64,000 bases of DNA from Myxococcota bacterium (GCA_036560145.1 DATBRV010000011.1:15930-79929), one strand, 5' to 3'; positions 41,490 through 50,733 are shown, numbered from the stretch's first letter. Numbers and translations: made by a program. Notes: generated from the sequence alone by a model not told the origin.

Positions 41490-42818
41490 ATTCGGAAATC
41501 GCTCTCGAAAAGGCTTGCGCTCGCGCTCTTCTCCACGGTCGTCTGCCTGTGCCTGGCGGAGATACTCGTCCGCTCGAGCGGCCTCTTTGCCGAGGAGCGC
41601 GCGGCGACGCGCTTGCAGGATCCGCCGGACGCCGACGGCCTCGACCCGCGGCGCCGGTTCCTGCTCCACCCCTTTCTCGGGTACGCCGGAAACCCCGCCT
41701 ACGACCGCGGATTGATCGGAGAGGCGGCGCTGCGCAGGACGTTCCCGGCGGCTCCGTCGTCGTACTACCTGCGCAACAGCCGGATCAACGCTCACGGGTT
41801 CCCGTCCGAACACGCGGACTACGCGGCGGAAACGGGCGGCTTTCACGTCGGTGTCTTCGGCGGATCGGTCGCCGAGCAGCTCGCAACCGTAGGCGGGGAG
41901 GCGCTGATCGCGGAGCTCGAGCGGCAGGCGCCGGAGCTCCGCGGACGCGTGCGCGTCTTCAATGCCGCGATCGGCGGCTACAAGCAGCCGCAGCAGCTGA
42001 TCGCGCTGATCCTGCTGACGCTCCAGGGCGTGCGCTTCGATGCGATCGTCAATCTGGACGGCTTCAACGAGGTCGCGCTGTCCCCCTCCGATGCGGCGGC
42101 GCGCTACAACCCGATTTTTCCCAGCCGCTTGCACTATCTCGCCATGCTGAACTTCGGACCGGACGCGAGCTCGGCGCACACGATCGAGCTCTACGCAGAC
42201 GTGATCGGCACGCGGCGCAGGGCGACGGAGTGGCGCTCGGCGGCGGACCGCGGACCTCTCGGTCGCTCGGAGCTGGCGCGCGCGGCGATCGGCCGGGCCG
42301 TTCTCCAGCTCAAATCGCGTGCGACACGGCTCGAGCAGGCGCTCCAGGAGGCGGCGGCCCCGCCCCCGGGCCTCGCGGCGTACGAGCCCGCCTGCCTGCG
42401 CGATCCCCAGGACGCCTGTTGGGATCTGATCGTCGACGTCTGGAGGAGGGGCTCGCTCGAGATGGCGGCGGTCGCTCGACAGATCGGCGCGCGCTACGTG
42501 CACGTGTTGCAACCCAACCAGTACGACGAGGGGAGCAAACCGCTGAGCGAAGGCGAAAGAGAAATCGCCTACCTTCCGGACGGCGACTGGCCGGCGGGCG
42601 TCCGGCGGGGCTACCCGATGCTGCGGGCCCAGATCCCTGGAATGCTCGCGCAGGGGGTGGCCGTGCTCGATCTCACGCAGATGTTCGCGTCCGTCGACGA
42701 GGACGTGTACGTCGACACCTGCTGCCATTACAATCTGCGCGGAACCAACGCGCTGGCGACCGCCGTCGCAGACCGGATCCTGCGGACGAAGCCAGTGCCT
42801 TCGGAAGGTGGCGGCTGA
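41490..42818 (+). CDS. Membrane-anchored SGNH/GDSL-like hydrolase (hypothetical); no canonical start upstream of the encoded TM helix (ATT 41490 provisional)
   Basis: The frame is open from 41481 and encodes IRKSLSKRLALALFSTVVCLCLAEILV before the first TTG (41613). FGGSVAE is a GDS-like block and DTCCHYN a DxxH-like block. Confidence 0.55.
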   Translation: MRKSLSKRLALALFSTVVCLCLAEILVRSSGLFAEERAATRLQDPPDADGLDPRRRFLLHPFLGYAGNPAYDRGLIGEAALRRTFPAAPSSYYLRNSRINAHGFPSEHADYAAETGGFHVGVFGGSVAEQLATVGGEALIAELERQAPELRGRVRVFNAAIGGYKQPQQLIALILLTLQGVRFDAIVNLDGFNEVALSPSDAAARYNPIFPSRLHYLAMLNFGPDASSAHTIELYADVIGTRRRATEWRSAADRGPLGRSELARAAIGRAVLQLKSRATRLEQALQEAAAPPPGLAAYEPACLRDPQDACWDLIVDVWRRGSLEMAAVARQIGARYVHVLQPNQYDEGSKPLSEGEREIAYLPDGDWPAGVRRGYPMLRAQIPGMLAQGVAVLDLTQMFASVDEDVYVDTCCHYNLRGTNALATAVADRILRTKPVPSEGGG

Positions 42819-42820
42819 GC

Positions 42821-43633
42821 ATGGCGGTGGCGAAGCATCGGTTCTCTCCGCTCCTGCTCCTTCCCGTCGGGCTCGCGGTCGGATGCGCGACGTCTCCGCC
42901 GCCGCCCGAGCTCTCTCCCGCCCAGCGCCGGATCGAGCGACTGCTGGTGGAGCTGCACCTTCCGGAGTATGCCGGACGGCTCGAGCACGCCGCGCTGAGT
43001 GTCGCCGGCCATCCCGAGGACGGAGACCTCGCGGACGACGTGCGCCTGCGGCCGCGCATCGAGACCCAGCTGGCCCCGGACGCGGTGGTCTCCGACGTGG
43101 TGCGCCGCGTCTCGGAATCCTTCGACGAGACGGCCGTCGCCGAGCTCGAGCGTTTCGGAGAGAGCCCGGCCGGCCGCAGGGTGCACGCCGCGTCGGCCGC
43201 TCCCTACTCGTGGTTCTCGCGGCTCGGCTATCGGATCTTCGGCGCTCCCAGCGACGAGTCCCCCGAGCGCGTGGCGCTCGCGCGCAAGCTCGACGAGCGC
43301 ACGCTCTCGAGCCGGGCCACCACCGACCTGTATCTGAGGATCTACGAGGCGATCGTCCGCTGGTACGCAGCGCGGGCCGCCATGGATCCCGAGGAGAGCG
43401 CCGCCGTGGGCGGGATCGACGGGCTGCTCGCGCGCGAGCGGGAGCGGGCCGACGCGGTCGCCGCGCAGCACGGCGTCCCCTTCACGCTCTACGCCTTCTC
43501 CGATCTCTCGACATCCGAGATCGAGGAGTACCTGGCCGTGGTCGAATCGCCGGCGGGGCAGTGGTTCGTGAAGTCGGTGCGCGAGGCGCTGGCCGAGACG
43601 ATCGATCTCCGGAGCCAGGCGATCTCGCGCTGA
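42821..43633 (+). CDS. Lipoprotein (hypothetical)
   Basis: ATG 42821; lipobox LAVGC. Confidence 0.6.
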   Translation: MAVAKHRFSPLLLLPVGLAVGCATSPPPPELSPAQRRIERLLVELHLPEYAGRLEHAALSVAGHPEDGDLADDVRLRPRIETQLAPDAVVSDVVRRVSESFDETAVAELERFGESPAGRRVHAASAAPYSWFSRLGYRIFGAPSDESPERVALARKLDERTLSSRATTDLYLRIYEAIVRWYAARAAMDPEESAAVGGIDGLLARERERADAVAAQHGVPFTLYAFSDLSTSEIEEYLAVVESPAGQWFVKSVREALAETIDLRSQAISR

Positions 43634-43647
43634 GGCCCGCCCCGGCC

Positions 43648-45195
43648 TCAGATCCGCCGCTCGCGTCCCGCCCAGTAGGGGTCGCGCAGCTTGCGTTTGT
43701 AGAGCTTGCCGTTCGGGTCCCGCGGCATCGCGTTGGTGAAGTCGATCGACCGCGGGCACTTGTACTTCGCGAGGCGAGTCTCGCACCAGGCCAGGATCTC
43801 GCGCGCCAGCGTCTCGCCGGCCGTCGCGCCCGGCGCCGGCTCGACCACCGCCTTCACCTGCTCGCCCCAGTCCTCGTCCGGAATTCCGAAGACCGCGGCG
43901 TCGCCCACCCTCGGATGCGAGAGCAGCACGGCCTCGATCTCGGCGGGGTAGATGTTGACGCCGCCGGAGATGATCATGTCGATCTTGCGATCACACAGGA
44001 AGAGGTAGCCGTCGGCGTCGAGGTAGCCGACGTCGCCCACGGTGAAGAAGTTGCCGATCCGGTTCGAGCGGGTCTTCTGCTCGTCGCCCTTGTAGGCGAA
44101 ATCCTGGAGCAGCTTGAGATACACCGTTCCCGGTTCGCCGGGGGGGCGGTCCTTGCCCTCGTCGTCGAGCACCCGGATCGCGGCGCCTTCCCAGGCCTTG
44201 CCCACCGTCCCCGGGCGCTCGAGCCACTCCTGCGGCGTCACCAGCGTGCCGCCCCCTTCGGTGGCGCCGTAGTACTCGTAGATCACGGGGCCCCACCACT
44301 CGAGCATGCGGCGCTTCACCTCGACCGGGCAGGGGGCCGCGGCGTGGAGCACGTTCTTCAGCGAGGAGCAGTCGTACTTCCGCCGCGTCTCCACCGGGAG
44401 CTGGAGCAGGCGGTGGAACTGGGTGGGCACCATGTGCGTGGTGGTGACGCGGTGCTTCTCGATCAGCTCGAGCGCGCGCTCGGGATCCCAGCGGTCCATC
44501 AGCACCACCGTGTGCTCGAAGTGGAGCGCGAACCAGCTGAAGGCGAGCGGCGCGGTGTGATACATCGGCGACGTGCACAGGTGCACGCCGTCCCCCCCCG
44601 GCGTGATGCCGAAGCGGGCGAGGTGGCCGGCCTGGAGCCCCGCCATCGCGTCGGGGTCCATCGGGATCAGGTCGCGCTTGATGCCCTTGGGCTTGCCGGT
44701 GGTGCCCGAGGTGTACTGCATGAACTGTCCGGCGCAGCGATCCGGCGGAAGTGTAGGGGGCTGGGCGTCCTTCAGCGCCGGGTAGGACGCGAAGCCCGGC
44801 AGCTCGCCCACCGCGATTCGCGCGGAGGCCGGGAGGCCCGCCTCGTCGGCGGCGGCGGTTGCGCGCCCCTCCTCCCGGGCGTCGGCGATGAACGCCCTGG
44901 CGCCCGAATCGCGCAGGATGTGCGCGATCTCGGGCGGCGCGAGGTTGGTGTTGAGCGGCGTGATGTACCAGCCGGCTTGCATCGCGGCCAGCAGCACTTC
45001 GAGAGCGGGCGCCGCGTTCGGGAGCAGCATGGCGACGACGTCGCCGCGCGAGAGCCCGCGGGCGCGCAGGGCGTGCACGAGCCGGTGGCTCGCCCCGGCG
45101 AGCTCTCCCGCGCTGACGATCCGCCCGTCGCTCTCGATCAGCGCGCGCCGGCCGGGTTCCGCCAGCGCCGCCTGCCAGAAGCCCCGAACCGGCAT
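43648..45195 (-). CDS. AMP-dependent acyl-CoA synthetase/ligase
   Basis: YTSGTTGKPKG, YGATEGG and GDVGYLDADGYLFLCDR. Confidence 0.9.
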   Translation of the reverse strand: MPVRGFWQAALAEPGRRALIESDGRIVSAGELAGASHRLVHALRARGLSRGDVVAMLLPNAAPALEVLLAAMQAGWYITPLNTNLAPPEIAHILRDSGARAFIADAREEGRATAAADEAGLPASARIAVGELPGFASYPALKDAQPPTLPPDRCAGQFMQYTSGTTGKPKGIKRDLIPMDPDAMAGLQAGHLARFGITPGGDGVHLCTSPMYHTAPLAFSWFALHFEHTVVLMDRWDPERALELIEKHRVTTTHMVPTQFHRLLQLPVETRRKYDCSSLKNVLHAAAPCPVEVKRRMLEWWGPVIYEYYGATEGGGTLVTPQEWLERPGTVGKAWEGAAIRVLDDEGKDRPPGEPGTVYLKLLQDFAYKGDEQKTRSNRIGNFFTVGDVGYLDADGYLFLCDRKIDMIISGGVNIYPAEIEAVLLSHPRVGDAAVFGIPDEDWGEQVKAVVEPAPGATAGETLAREILAWCETRLAKYKCPRSIDFTNAMPRDPNGKLYKRKLRDPYWAGRERRI

Positions 45196-45213
45196 GATCC
45201 TCTTTGCCCACGA

Positions 45214-45251
45214 TCTGACGCTGTGTCAGAATGTTCTGACGATATATCAGA
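45214..45251. promoter_or_regulatory. Two tandem 17-bp palindromic operators in a divergent promoter region
   Basis: TCTGACGCTGTGTCAGA (45214-45230) and TCTGACGATATATCAGA (45235-45251), 21 nt centre to centre. They fill most of the 62-nt gap between the divergent genes. Confidence 0.6.
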
Positions 45252-45257
45252 TTCGCG

Positions 45258-46247
45258 TTGGGATGGGAACCCTTGGCAATCGAATCCAGCCAGCCGGCCG
45301 CCTGGGATGCCGTCTCCGCCGGCGACGCGATCCCGGTCTTCGCGCGGACCACGGACCTCGCGAACTGGAACCGCTTCGCGGCGGTCAACGACGAATTCAT
45401 CCCGCTGCACATGGATGCCGACGCCGCCCGCGCCGTCGGGCAGCCGGACGTGTTCGGGATGGGGAACCTGCGGCTCTCCTACCTCCACAATCTGCTGCAT
45501 GCGTGGCTCGCCGGGCGCGGCGACATCGTCGAGCTCTCCTGCGAGTTCCGCGGGCTCAACTTCAAGGGGGACCGGCTCACGGCGCGCGGGCGCGTGATCG
45601 GCAAGGAGCGCGTGAAGACCGGCCCGGTGATCCATCTCGAGCTCGGCATCGAGAATCAACGCGGAGAGGAGACGACGCCCGGCGAGGCGACCGTGCTGCT
45701 CTTCGAAGCCGGCGGCGCGAAGATCCTTCCCGATCCCAAGCCGCTTCCCCCGCCCGAGAAGCCCGCCCCCGGCGCGCTGCTCGACGAGCGCACGCTCGGC
45801 TGGCTCGGCCGCGCGACGGAGCCGTTCGAGTCGCTTCCGGTCGGCGCCAACGACATCCGCCGCTGGGCGATCGCCACCCACCACCCGGAGCCGCCTCCGC
45901 CCGAGTTCACGGACCTGAAGGCGGCCGAGCGCGGACCCTGGGGCGGGCTGGTGGCGCCGCGCGACTTCAACCCGTTCGCCTGGATGACGCAGGACGCCCG
46001 GCGCGAGCCCTGGCTGCGCGGCATGGGCACGACGCCCGGCACCCGCGTGCTGAACGGCGGGCAGCGCAGCCGCTACTTCGCGCCGATCCGCCCGGGCGAC
46101 GTGATCACCTCGACCGCCTCGCTGAGCAACGCCTACGAACGCATCGGGAAGCTGGGCACGATGCTCTTCCTGGTGAACGAGACACGCTGGACGAACCAGG
46201 ACGGCCGGCTGGTTCGCGTCGGCAATCGCACCACGATCTACTACTAG
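45258..46247 (+). CDS. Double hot-dog MaoC-like (R)-hydratase/dehydratase
   Basis: NRFAAVNDEFIPLHMD in the N-terminal half and a second hot-dog in the C-terminal half. The TTG start is uncertain. Confidence 0.75.
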   Translation: MGWEPLAIESSQPAAWDAVSAGDAIPVFARTTDLANWNRFAAVNDEFIPLHMDADAARAVGQPDVFGMGNLRLSYLHNLLHAWLAGRGDIVELSCEFRGLNFKGDRLTARGRVIGKERVKTGPVIHLELGIENQRGEETTPGEATVLLFEAGGAKILPDPKPLPPPEKPAPGALLDERTLGWLGRATEPFESLPVGANDIRRWAIATHHPEPPPPEFTDLKAAERGPWGGLVAPRDFNPFAWMTQDARREPWLRGMGTTPGTRVLNGGQRSRYFAPIRPGDVITSTASLSNAYERIGKLGTMLFLVNETRWTNQDGRLVRVGNRTTIYY

Positions 46248-46269
46248 GCAGACCGGTCCGGAGAACGCC

Positions 46270-47403
46270 ATGCACGGGGACTACCGCGTCGTCGACGCCG
46301 ACGGGCACGTGATCGAGCCCGCGGATCTCTGGGAGAGGTACATCGACCCCGAGTTCCGCGATCAGGCGCCGCGCTGCTTCGGCGCGATGAGCGTCGACGT
46401 GCTCGGCCACCGGATGCCCGACGTTCCGGGCTGGAAGGAGGCCAGCACCAGCATCGCCACCAAACGGACGGGCGATCCGCGCTTCGCGTTCGCGGCCGAG
46501 CGCGACTTCGACGCCGCGAGCCAGGTGGAGGCGATGGACGTGGAAGGCATCGACATGGCCGTGCTGTATCCCTCGCGCGGCCTCTTCGCGGCCTCGGCCG
46601 ACGGGATCCCGCCGAAGCTCGCGGGCGCGATCTGCCGGGCCTACAACCGCTGGCTCGCGGAGTTCTGCAGCCATGCGCCGCGGCGGCTCTTCGGCGCGGC
46701 GATGGTCTCGCTGCACGACGGCGAAGTGGCGGCGCGCGAGGCGGCCCATGCCGTCGAGGAGCTCGGCATGAAGTCGATCTTCATCCGGCCGAACCCGGTG
46801 AACGGGAAGACCATCGACCACCGCGACTTCGACGAGTTCTACGCCGAGGCCGAGCGCCTGAACGTTCCGATCGCGACGCACGAGGGCGCCGGCGTGCACC
46901 TCCAGCAGTACGGGCGCGAGCGCTACGACAAGCTCTTCAAGGTCCACATGATCTGCCACGCGGTCGAGAGCATGGGCGCCTGCATGGACCTGATCGTGGG
47001 CGGCGTGCTGGAGCGGCACCCGAAGCTGCGCGCGGTCTTCCTGGAAGCCTCCTGCGGCTGGGCGCCCTGGTGGCTCGAAAGGATGGACGAGCACTTCGAG
47101 GGCTTCCACGGCTCGCGCGAAGCGACCCACCTGACGCGCAAGCCGAGCGAGTACTTCGCGCGGCAGTGCTTCGTCTCCGCCGAGGTCGACGAGCGCGCCG
47201 CGCAGTACGTGGTGGACGCCTTCGGGCCCCACAACCTGGTGATGGGGAGCGATTATCCGCACGGCGACGGGAGCTATCCACACGCCGTCAGCAAGTTCCT
47301 AGCCATCGACACGCTCTCGGACGACGTCAAGCGCAAGGCGCTCTGGGACAATCCGGTGCGCCTCTACGGGCTCGAGAAGGATGCGGCGTGCGCGTCGGTG
47401 TGA
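46270..47403 (+). CDS. Amidohydrolase-2 family metal hydrolase/decarboxylase (ACMSD-like)
   Basis: VVDADGHVIEP..., HEG, and SDYPHGDG at the C-terminus. Confidence 0.8.
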   Translation: MHGDYRVVDADGHVIEPADLWERYIDPEFRDQAPRCFGAMSVDVLGHRMPDVPGWKEASTSIATKRTGDPRFAFAAERDFDAASQVEAMDVEGIDMAVLYPSRGLFAASADGIPPKLAGAICRAYNRWLAEFCSHAPRRLFGAAMVSLHDGEVAAREAAHAVEELGMKSIFIRPNPVNGKTIDHRDFDEFYAEAERLNVPIATHEGAGVHLQQYGRERYDKLFKVHMICHAVESMGACMDLIVGGVLERHPKLRAVFLEASCGWAPWWLERMDEHFEGFHGSREATHLTRKPSEYFARQCFVSAEVDERAAQYVVDAFGPHNLVMGSDYPHGDGSYPHAVSKFLAIDTLSDDVKRKALWDNPVRLYGLEKDAACASV

Positions 47404-48287
47404 TCGGGCTCGGAAACATCGGCGGAGCGATCGCCGCTAACCTGGTCGCCGACGGCCATTCCGTGGCGGTCTTCGATCAGGACTCCGCCCGGGCCGCCGC
47501 GATCGCGGGCGCGGCGGCCGCCAGGTCTCCGGAGGAGGTCGCGCGCGCGTCAGAGACGTGCTTCCTCTCGCTGCCGACGCCGGCGGTGGTCCGCGCGGTG
47601 GCCGAGCAGTGGCTGCGCGGCGCCGCGCCCGGCAGCGTGCTGGTCGATCTCTCGACCAACGCGCCTGCGGCCGTGCGCGAGCTCGGCCGCCTGGTCGAGA
47701 AGCAGGGCTGTCACCTGCTGGAGGCCCCGCTCACCGGTGGCGCGCCGGGCGCCAAGGCGCGCACGCTGGTGTTCCTGGTGGGAGGCGATCCGGAGGTCTT
47801 CGCGCGCTGCCAGCCGCTGCTCGGCAAGCTCGGCCGCGCGGTCTTCCACTTCGGCCCGCTCGGGAAGGGCAACACCGCGAAGCTCGTGAACAGCCTGCTG
47901 GCGTTCACGTCGACCTGGGTCTCGCTCGAGGGGCTCGCGATCGCGGCCAAAGGCGGCCTTGACCTGCGCACCCTGGTCGAGGCGATTCGCACCGGTGGCG
48001 CCGGGAACTTCTTCATCGACCGCATGGTCGAGGGGATCAACCAGCGCGGGCGCCCGGCGCAGTTCGCGCTCGCGCTGGCGGCCAAGGACGCGGGCCTGGT
48101 GGTGGAGGTCGCGCGCGAGGCCGGCGTCCCCGCGCCGGTGGCTTCCCAGATCGCGCAGGTGCTGGCGGCGGCGACGCAGTCCGGTCTCGGCGAGCGAGAC
48201 TGGAGCGATCTCGTGCTGTGGATGGAGCAGGAAGCGGGCCTCGCCTTGGTGCTCCCGCCCAAACCCGTGGTTCCGGAGGTGAAATGA
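47388..48287 (+). CDS. NAD(P)-dependent 3-hydroxyisobutyrate/6-phosphogluconate dehydrogenase-like oxidoreductase
   Basis: GTG 47388 lies behind AAGGA. VGVIGLGNIGGAIAANL and GKGNTAKLVNS. Confidence 0.85.
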   Translation: MRVGVIGLGNIGGAIAANLVADGHSVAVFDQDSARAAAIAGAAAARSPEEVARASETCFLSLPTPAVVRAVAEQWLRGAAPGSVLVDLSTNAPAAVRELGRLVEKQGCHLLEAPLTGGAPGAKARTLVFLVGGDPEVFARCQPLLGKLGRAVFHFGPLGKGNTAKLVNSLLAFTSTWVSLEGLAIAAKGGLDLRTLVEAIRTGGAGNFFIDRMVEGINQRGRPAQFALALAAKDAGLVVEVAREAGVPAPVASQIAQVLAAATQSGLGERDWSDLVLWMEQEAGLALVLPPKPVVPEVK

Positions 48288-48724
48288 GCGAGGTCCGCAA
48301 GGCGAAGGTTCCCATCGAGCCCGGCTTCTTCACGGTGCCCGACGATCCCGCGACGCCGCCGCGGCTGCTCGGCTCGCGTTGCCGAGCCTGCGACGAGCAC
48401 TTCTTCCCGCGCCGGCAGGTCTGCGCGCGCTGTCTGGCCGACGGGACGGACGACGTCCTGCTCTCGCCGCGCGGCAAGCTCTACACCTGGACGTACGTGC
48501 ACTTCCCGCTCTTCGGGGCGAAGCGCGCCGATCACGCCGGCGGCTACGGGGTGGGGCAGGTGGATCTCCCGGAAGGGCCCCGGGTGATGGCGGTGCTTCA
48601 GGGCGAGTCCGGCGACTTCCGGATCGGGATGGAAATGGAGCTCGAGCTCGAGACGCTGCGCGAGAACAAGGAAGGGCAGGAGGTGGTGATCCATCGCTTC
48701 CGCCCCGTCGGAGACGCCCGATGA
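48284..48724 (+). CDS. DUF35 OB-fold / zinc-ribbon protein (second copy)
   Basis: ATGA overlap with the previous gene. GSRCRACDEHFFPRRQVCARC. Confidence 0.8.
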   Translation: MSEVRKAKVPIEPGFFTVPDDPATPPRLLGSRCRACDEHFFPRRQVCARCLADGTDDVLLSPRGKLYTWTYVHFPLFGAKRADHAGGYGVGQVDLPEGPRVMAVLQGESGDFRIGMEMELELETLRENKEGQEVVIHRFRPVGDAR

Positions 48725-49878
48725 AGCTCGACGACGTCGCCGTGCTGGGAGTCGGGATGACGCGATTCGGCGTCTACCGCGACCGCTCGAACATCGATCT
48801 CGCGCGCGAAGCGGGGCTCGCCGCGCTGCGCGACGCCGGCATCTCGTTCAAGGACGTAGGGGAGGCCTTCGTCGGGTACATCGCCGGAATGCCGATGACC
48901 GGGATCCGCGCCATGAAGGAGTTCGGGCTCACCGGCCTCCCGGTCACCCATGTCGAGAACGCCTCGGCCACCGGTCTGGTCGCCTTCCGCGACGCCGCCT
49001 GGGCGGTGGCGAGCGGGCGCTGCCAGATCGCGATGGCGCTCGGCTTCGACAAGATGACGGAGATGAGCGGCGGAATGCGAGCCGGGCGCGGCGTGGGCCG
49101 CGATTCGATCGACAGCGTGATCCTGCCGGCCGCCTACTTCTCGCTCTGGGCCATGCGGCGCATGCACGAGCGCGGCACCCGGCCCGAGCACTTCGCCGCG
49201 ATCGCCGCCAAGAACTGGAACTTCGGCGCGAAGAATCCCTGGAGCGACCGCCAGCCCGATCACGAGGTGACCGTCGAAGAAGTGCTCGCCTCGCGCAAGA
49301 TCGCGGAGCCGGTGACGGCGATGATGAGCTGCCCGGTCGACGACGGCGCGGCCTGCGCGATCGTCGCCACCAAGGAGCTGGCGAGGCGTCTCCAGCCCGG
49401 CCGGCCGCTGGTTGCGCCGATCGTCTCGGCGCTCCAGTCCGAGACCTACGCGCGCGGGCACACCTTCATGGGCCCCGTGGTCGGCCCGCCCAGCATGACG
49501 CGCGACACCGCGCGCGAGGCCTACGAGACCGCCGGCGTCGGCCCCGAAGACGTGAGCCTCACGCTGGTGCACGACGCCTTCGCCACCGAGGAGCTCGAGT
49601 ACTACGAGCTGCTCGGCTTCTGCCGCGAGGGGGAGGCCGAGAAGCTGGTCGAGGAGCGGCAGACGCACCTGGGCGGACGCTTCCCGTTCAACACCGACGG
49701 GGGTCTGATCGCGCGCGGCCACCCGGGCGGACCCACCGGTCTCGCGCAGATCTTCGAGCTGACCCGCCAGCTGCGCGGCGAGGCCGGCCCGCGCCAGGTC
49801 GCGAACGCGCGGATCGGACTCGCGCACCTGGTGGGCGGCGGCAGCGTCTGCACCATCAGCATCCTGCAAAAGGAGTAG
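48721..49878 (+). CDS. Thiolase-fold lipid-transfer-type protein (second copy)
   Basis: ATGA overlap with the previous gene. VAVLGVGMTRFG, ENASATG and FNTDGGLIARGHPGGPTG. Confidence 0.85.
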   Translation: MKLDDVAVLGVGMTRFGVYRDRSNIDLAREAGLAALRDAGISFKDVGEAFVGYIAGMPMTGIRAMKEFGLTGLPVTHVENASATGLVAFRDAAWAVASGRCQIAMALGFDKMTEMSGGMRAGRGVGRDSIDSVILPAAYFSLWAMRRMHERGTRPEHFAAIAAKNWNFGAKNPWSDRQPDHEVTVEEVLASRKIAEPVTAMMSCPVDDGAACAIVATKELARRLQPGRPLVAPIVSALQSETYARGHTFMGPVVGPPSMTRDTAREAYETAGVGPEDVSLTLVHDAFATEELEYYELLGFCREGEAEKLVEERQTHLGGRFPFNTDGGLIARGHPGGPTGLAQIFELTRQLRGEAGPRQVANARIGLAHLVGGGSVCTISILQKE

Positions 49879-49880
49879 TC

Positions 49881-50270
49881 ATGGCGGGCGAAGAGGAGCT
49901 GCGCGCAAAGGGCCGCGAGGTGATGGCGAAGCTGTGGGGCGAGCGCGCCGGGAAGGGTGGCGGCGGCCCGCCGGGCGCCCAGATCGCGCCGGAGTTCTTC
50001 GATCTTGTGACGCAGTTCTGCTTCGGAGGCTTCTGGTCGCGCCCGGGCCTCGACGTGCGCAGCCGCAGCCTGGTGACGGTCGCCCAGCTCGCCGCGCTCG
50101 GCCGCACCGACGAGCTCAAGGCGCACCTCGTCGGCGCGCTGCACCTCGGCATCCGGCGCGAGGAGCTGATCGAGGTGCTGATGCACACCTCGCAGTACGC
50201 CGGCATCCCCGCGGCGGTCTCTGCGCTCAACGCCGCCGCCGAGATCCTGAAGCCGCCCGCGGGTTCTTGA
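49881..50270 (+). CDS. Carboxymuconolactone decarboxylase family protein
   Basis: AAGGAG lies upstream of the ATG. GFWSRPGLDVRSRSLVTVA...LMHTSQYAGIPAA. Confidence 0.8.
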   Translation: MAGEEELRAKGREVMAKLWGERAGKGGGGPPGAQIAPEFFDLVTQFCFGGFWSRPGLDVRSRSLVTVAQLAALGRTDELKAHLVGALHLGIRREELIEVLMHTSQYAGIPAAVSALNAAAEILKPPAGS

Positions 50271-50316
50271 CAGCGGCGACGCTCCCGGGAGTATCCTCCG
50301 GGCGGAGGTACCCCCC

Positions 50317-50733
50317 ATGGCCGTGAAGTGTCGCTTCGTCGATTACTACGCCGTGAAGCTCGCCGACCGCCCGGGAACGGCAGCCAAGGCGCTCGGCGTC
50401 TTCCGGCGCGCGCGCGTCGCGCTCGAGGCGGTCCACGCCTTCCCGGAGGGCCGCGGCTGCCAGCTGGACCTGGTGCCGACGCGGCGCGCCGCCTTCCTGC
50501 GCGCGGCGCGCGCCGGCAAGCTGCGGACCTCGGGCCGCAAGCGGGCGCTGCTGATCGAGGGCGACGACCGCACCGGCGTGCTGGCCGGCGTTCTCGACGA
50601 GATCGCCGCCGCCGGCGTGAACCTCACCGCCGTGACGGGCGTGCGCGCGGGCAAGGGCCGCTTCGGGGCGATCCTGTGGGTGAAGCCGCGGGACCTGCGC
50701 CGGGCGGCGAAGGCGCTGGGCGTTCGGGGCTAG
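50317..50733 (+). CDS. ACT-domain-like small protein (hypothetical)
   Basis: Two ~65-aa halves of beta-alpha-beta-beta-alpha-beta type (GDDRTGVLAGVLDEIAAAGVNL). Confidence 0.45.
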   Translation: MAVKCRFVDYYAVKLADRPGTAAKALGVFRRARVALEAVHAFPEGRGCQLDLVPTRRAAFLRAARAGKLRTSGRKRALLIEGDDRTGVLAGVLDEIAAAGVNLTAVTGVRAGKGRFGAILWVKPRDLRRAAKALGVRG

